A DNA stretch of 63,983 nucleotides, filler included, from Octopus bimaculoides (Eukaryota), in the NCBI RefSeq assembly GCF_001194135.2. It is 5 parts of 5 records of this genome, joined end to end, with 100 filler letters (N's around TTAATTAATTAA, not from the genome) between each part and the next. Parts side by side here need not be neighbours in the genome. Positions count along the whole stretch, not along the records: positions 62,949 to 63,983 come from NW_026356000.1; 4 more parts are not named here. One strand, written 5' to 3'. A program made the translations under genes and the position numbers. This document shows positions 62,949-63,983 of the stretch, piece by piece. Below the pieces are notes generated by a model, which did no database searches, was not told where the DNA came from, and worked only from the letters and a program-made list of their open reading frames with translations. Position 1 is the first letter of the stretch; every line of letters starts with the position of its first letter.

Positions 62949-63900
62949 GTTTGTTCTTATTATAGATATTATTGAATTTATTATTGGTATTATTAAATAT
63001 ATTATTATCATTAAAAAAATTTTAATAATATTTAAAATTGTTTCCATTAAAATTAAGTTTATGTTTAGGTAATTTATTATCATAATACCAATGATTCTTA
63101 TTATTCTTATTATTACTTAAGAAGACATTATCATGAGTATAAAAGTTACGTTTATTAAAAGGGTCATTATTATAATTATTATTACTAAAATTATAAAAAT
63201 ATTGCGGATTATTAAAAAAATTTATATTATTTGTATATCCCGCTTCTTGAAGGGCTTTATTATAATAAGGTGCATGTTTTTCAAAAATCTGTATATTAGA
63301 AGATAGTAAAGATATTCTGTTACCTATAGTAAATGTTAAGGAATTTTTAATTGAGGGTGGGTGATTGCTTTTAGCATGAATGTCTTTAATATTTTCATTA
63401 ATCTTATGGTAAAGTTGGGTATTACAAGTAGATAAGTTAAAATTAGCATCTAAATAATTAACGCTATAATACTCATTATAAATAATAATCATTAAACCAT
63501 TTCTTTTAAAAAAAACTATATATTCTCTTCTTATATAATTCTAGTTTTCTATTAGTACAATTTTTAGTAAGTAATAATAGGTCATCTCTATATAAACCAC
63601 CCTCCAATTTTAAGTTTTCAAGTTCAAGTTCAGATAATAAATATATACCTACTAAATCAGTTACCTGTGCTGAATCAGGCGCCCCCATTGGTATATCGAA
63701 ATAATCTCTAGTATCTTTCCTAGCCCACAATTTATTATCATATTTAATCAATGATTTCCTAGCCATTTTAACTGCATTTACTTCATCGTAAGTCATACCT
63801 ACTTTCTTCATAGCAAAAATTAGGGCCTTATTTAGTACAATTTCATTTATGGAAGAATAATAATTATCAATATCTATTTGAATAAATTTATACCTATTTT
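62949..63900 (-). mobile_element. Naiad-type Penelope-like retroelement RT, almost open
   Basis: FIQIDIDNYYSSI, ARKSLI..W..K, FDIPMGAPDSAQVTDLVGIYLL, GLYRDD, VNYLD, SNHPPSI..RIS.LSS..YNKALQEAGY; one +1 shift in an 8-base homopolymer at ~63508-63515. Confidence 0.85.
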
Positions 63901-63983
63901 TATATATATATAACTATATATATATAAATATACATATGTATATATTTGTTTTGCAAGATTTTTGATGTGAAATCGTGTGTTGA

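Overview
AT-rich, microsatellite-saturated eukaryotic DNA with no prokaryotic features. The repeat families look like octopus (Octopus sp.); this is inferred from recognising the SINE families, not from a search. The window is not contiguous. Four identical 100-bp linkers (44 N + TTAATTAATTAA + 44 N) join five separate scaffolds: 1-17997, 18098-47897, 47998-55786, 55887-62848 and 62949-63983. Most other N gaps sit inside microsatellites. Most sequence is decayed transposon. Retroelements include REL-type non-LTR elements (R4/Dong-like next to AAT tracts, HERO-like, CRE-like), RTE, CR1-like, L1/Tx1-like, Penelope-like elements (including Naiad-type) and several tRNA-derived SINE families. DNA elements include a full-length Chapaev3-like transposon with intact ends, a Helitron-like 3' end and MITE-like inverted repeats. 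Supportable host coding sequence is small: one 117-bp calcium-binding EGF exon (minus, 16243-16359) and the last two exons of a tandem-WWE (PARP12/ZC3HAV1-like) gene (plus, 56956-57109 and 58778-58948), which stops right after the second WWE. Top leads: a near-perfect 158-nt hairpin in the last intron of the WWE gene; two Penelope-type minimal hammerhead-like motifs sharing a non-canonical A6U core; and a 384-bp near-identical inverted pair bracketing 7.4 kb of nested R4/Dong elements. Coordinates were read by eye, so repeat boundaries are approximate and family names come from recalled motifs.
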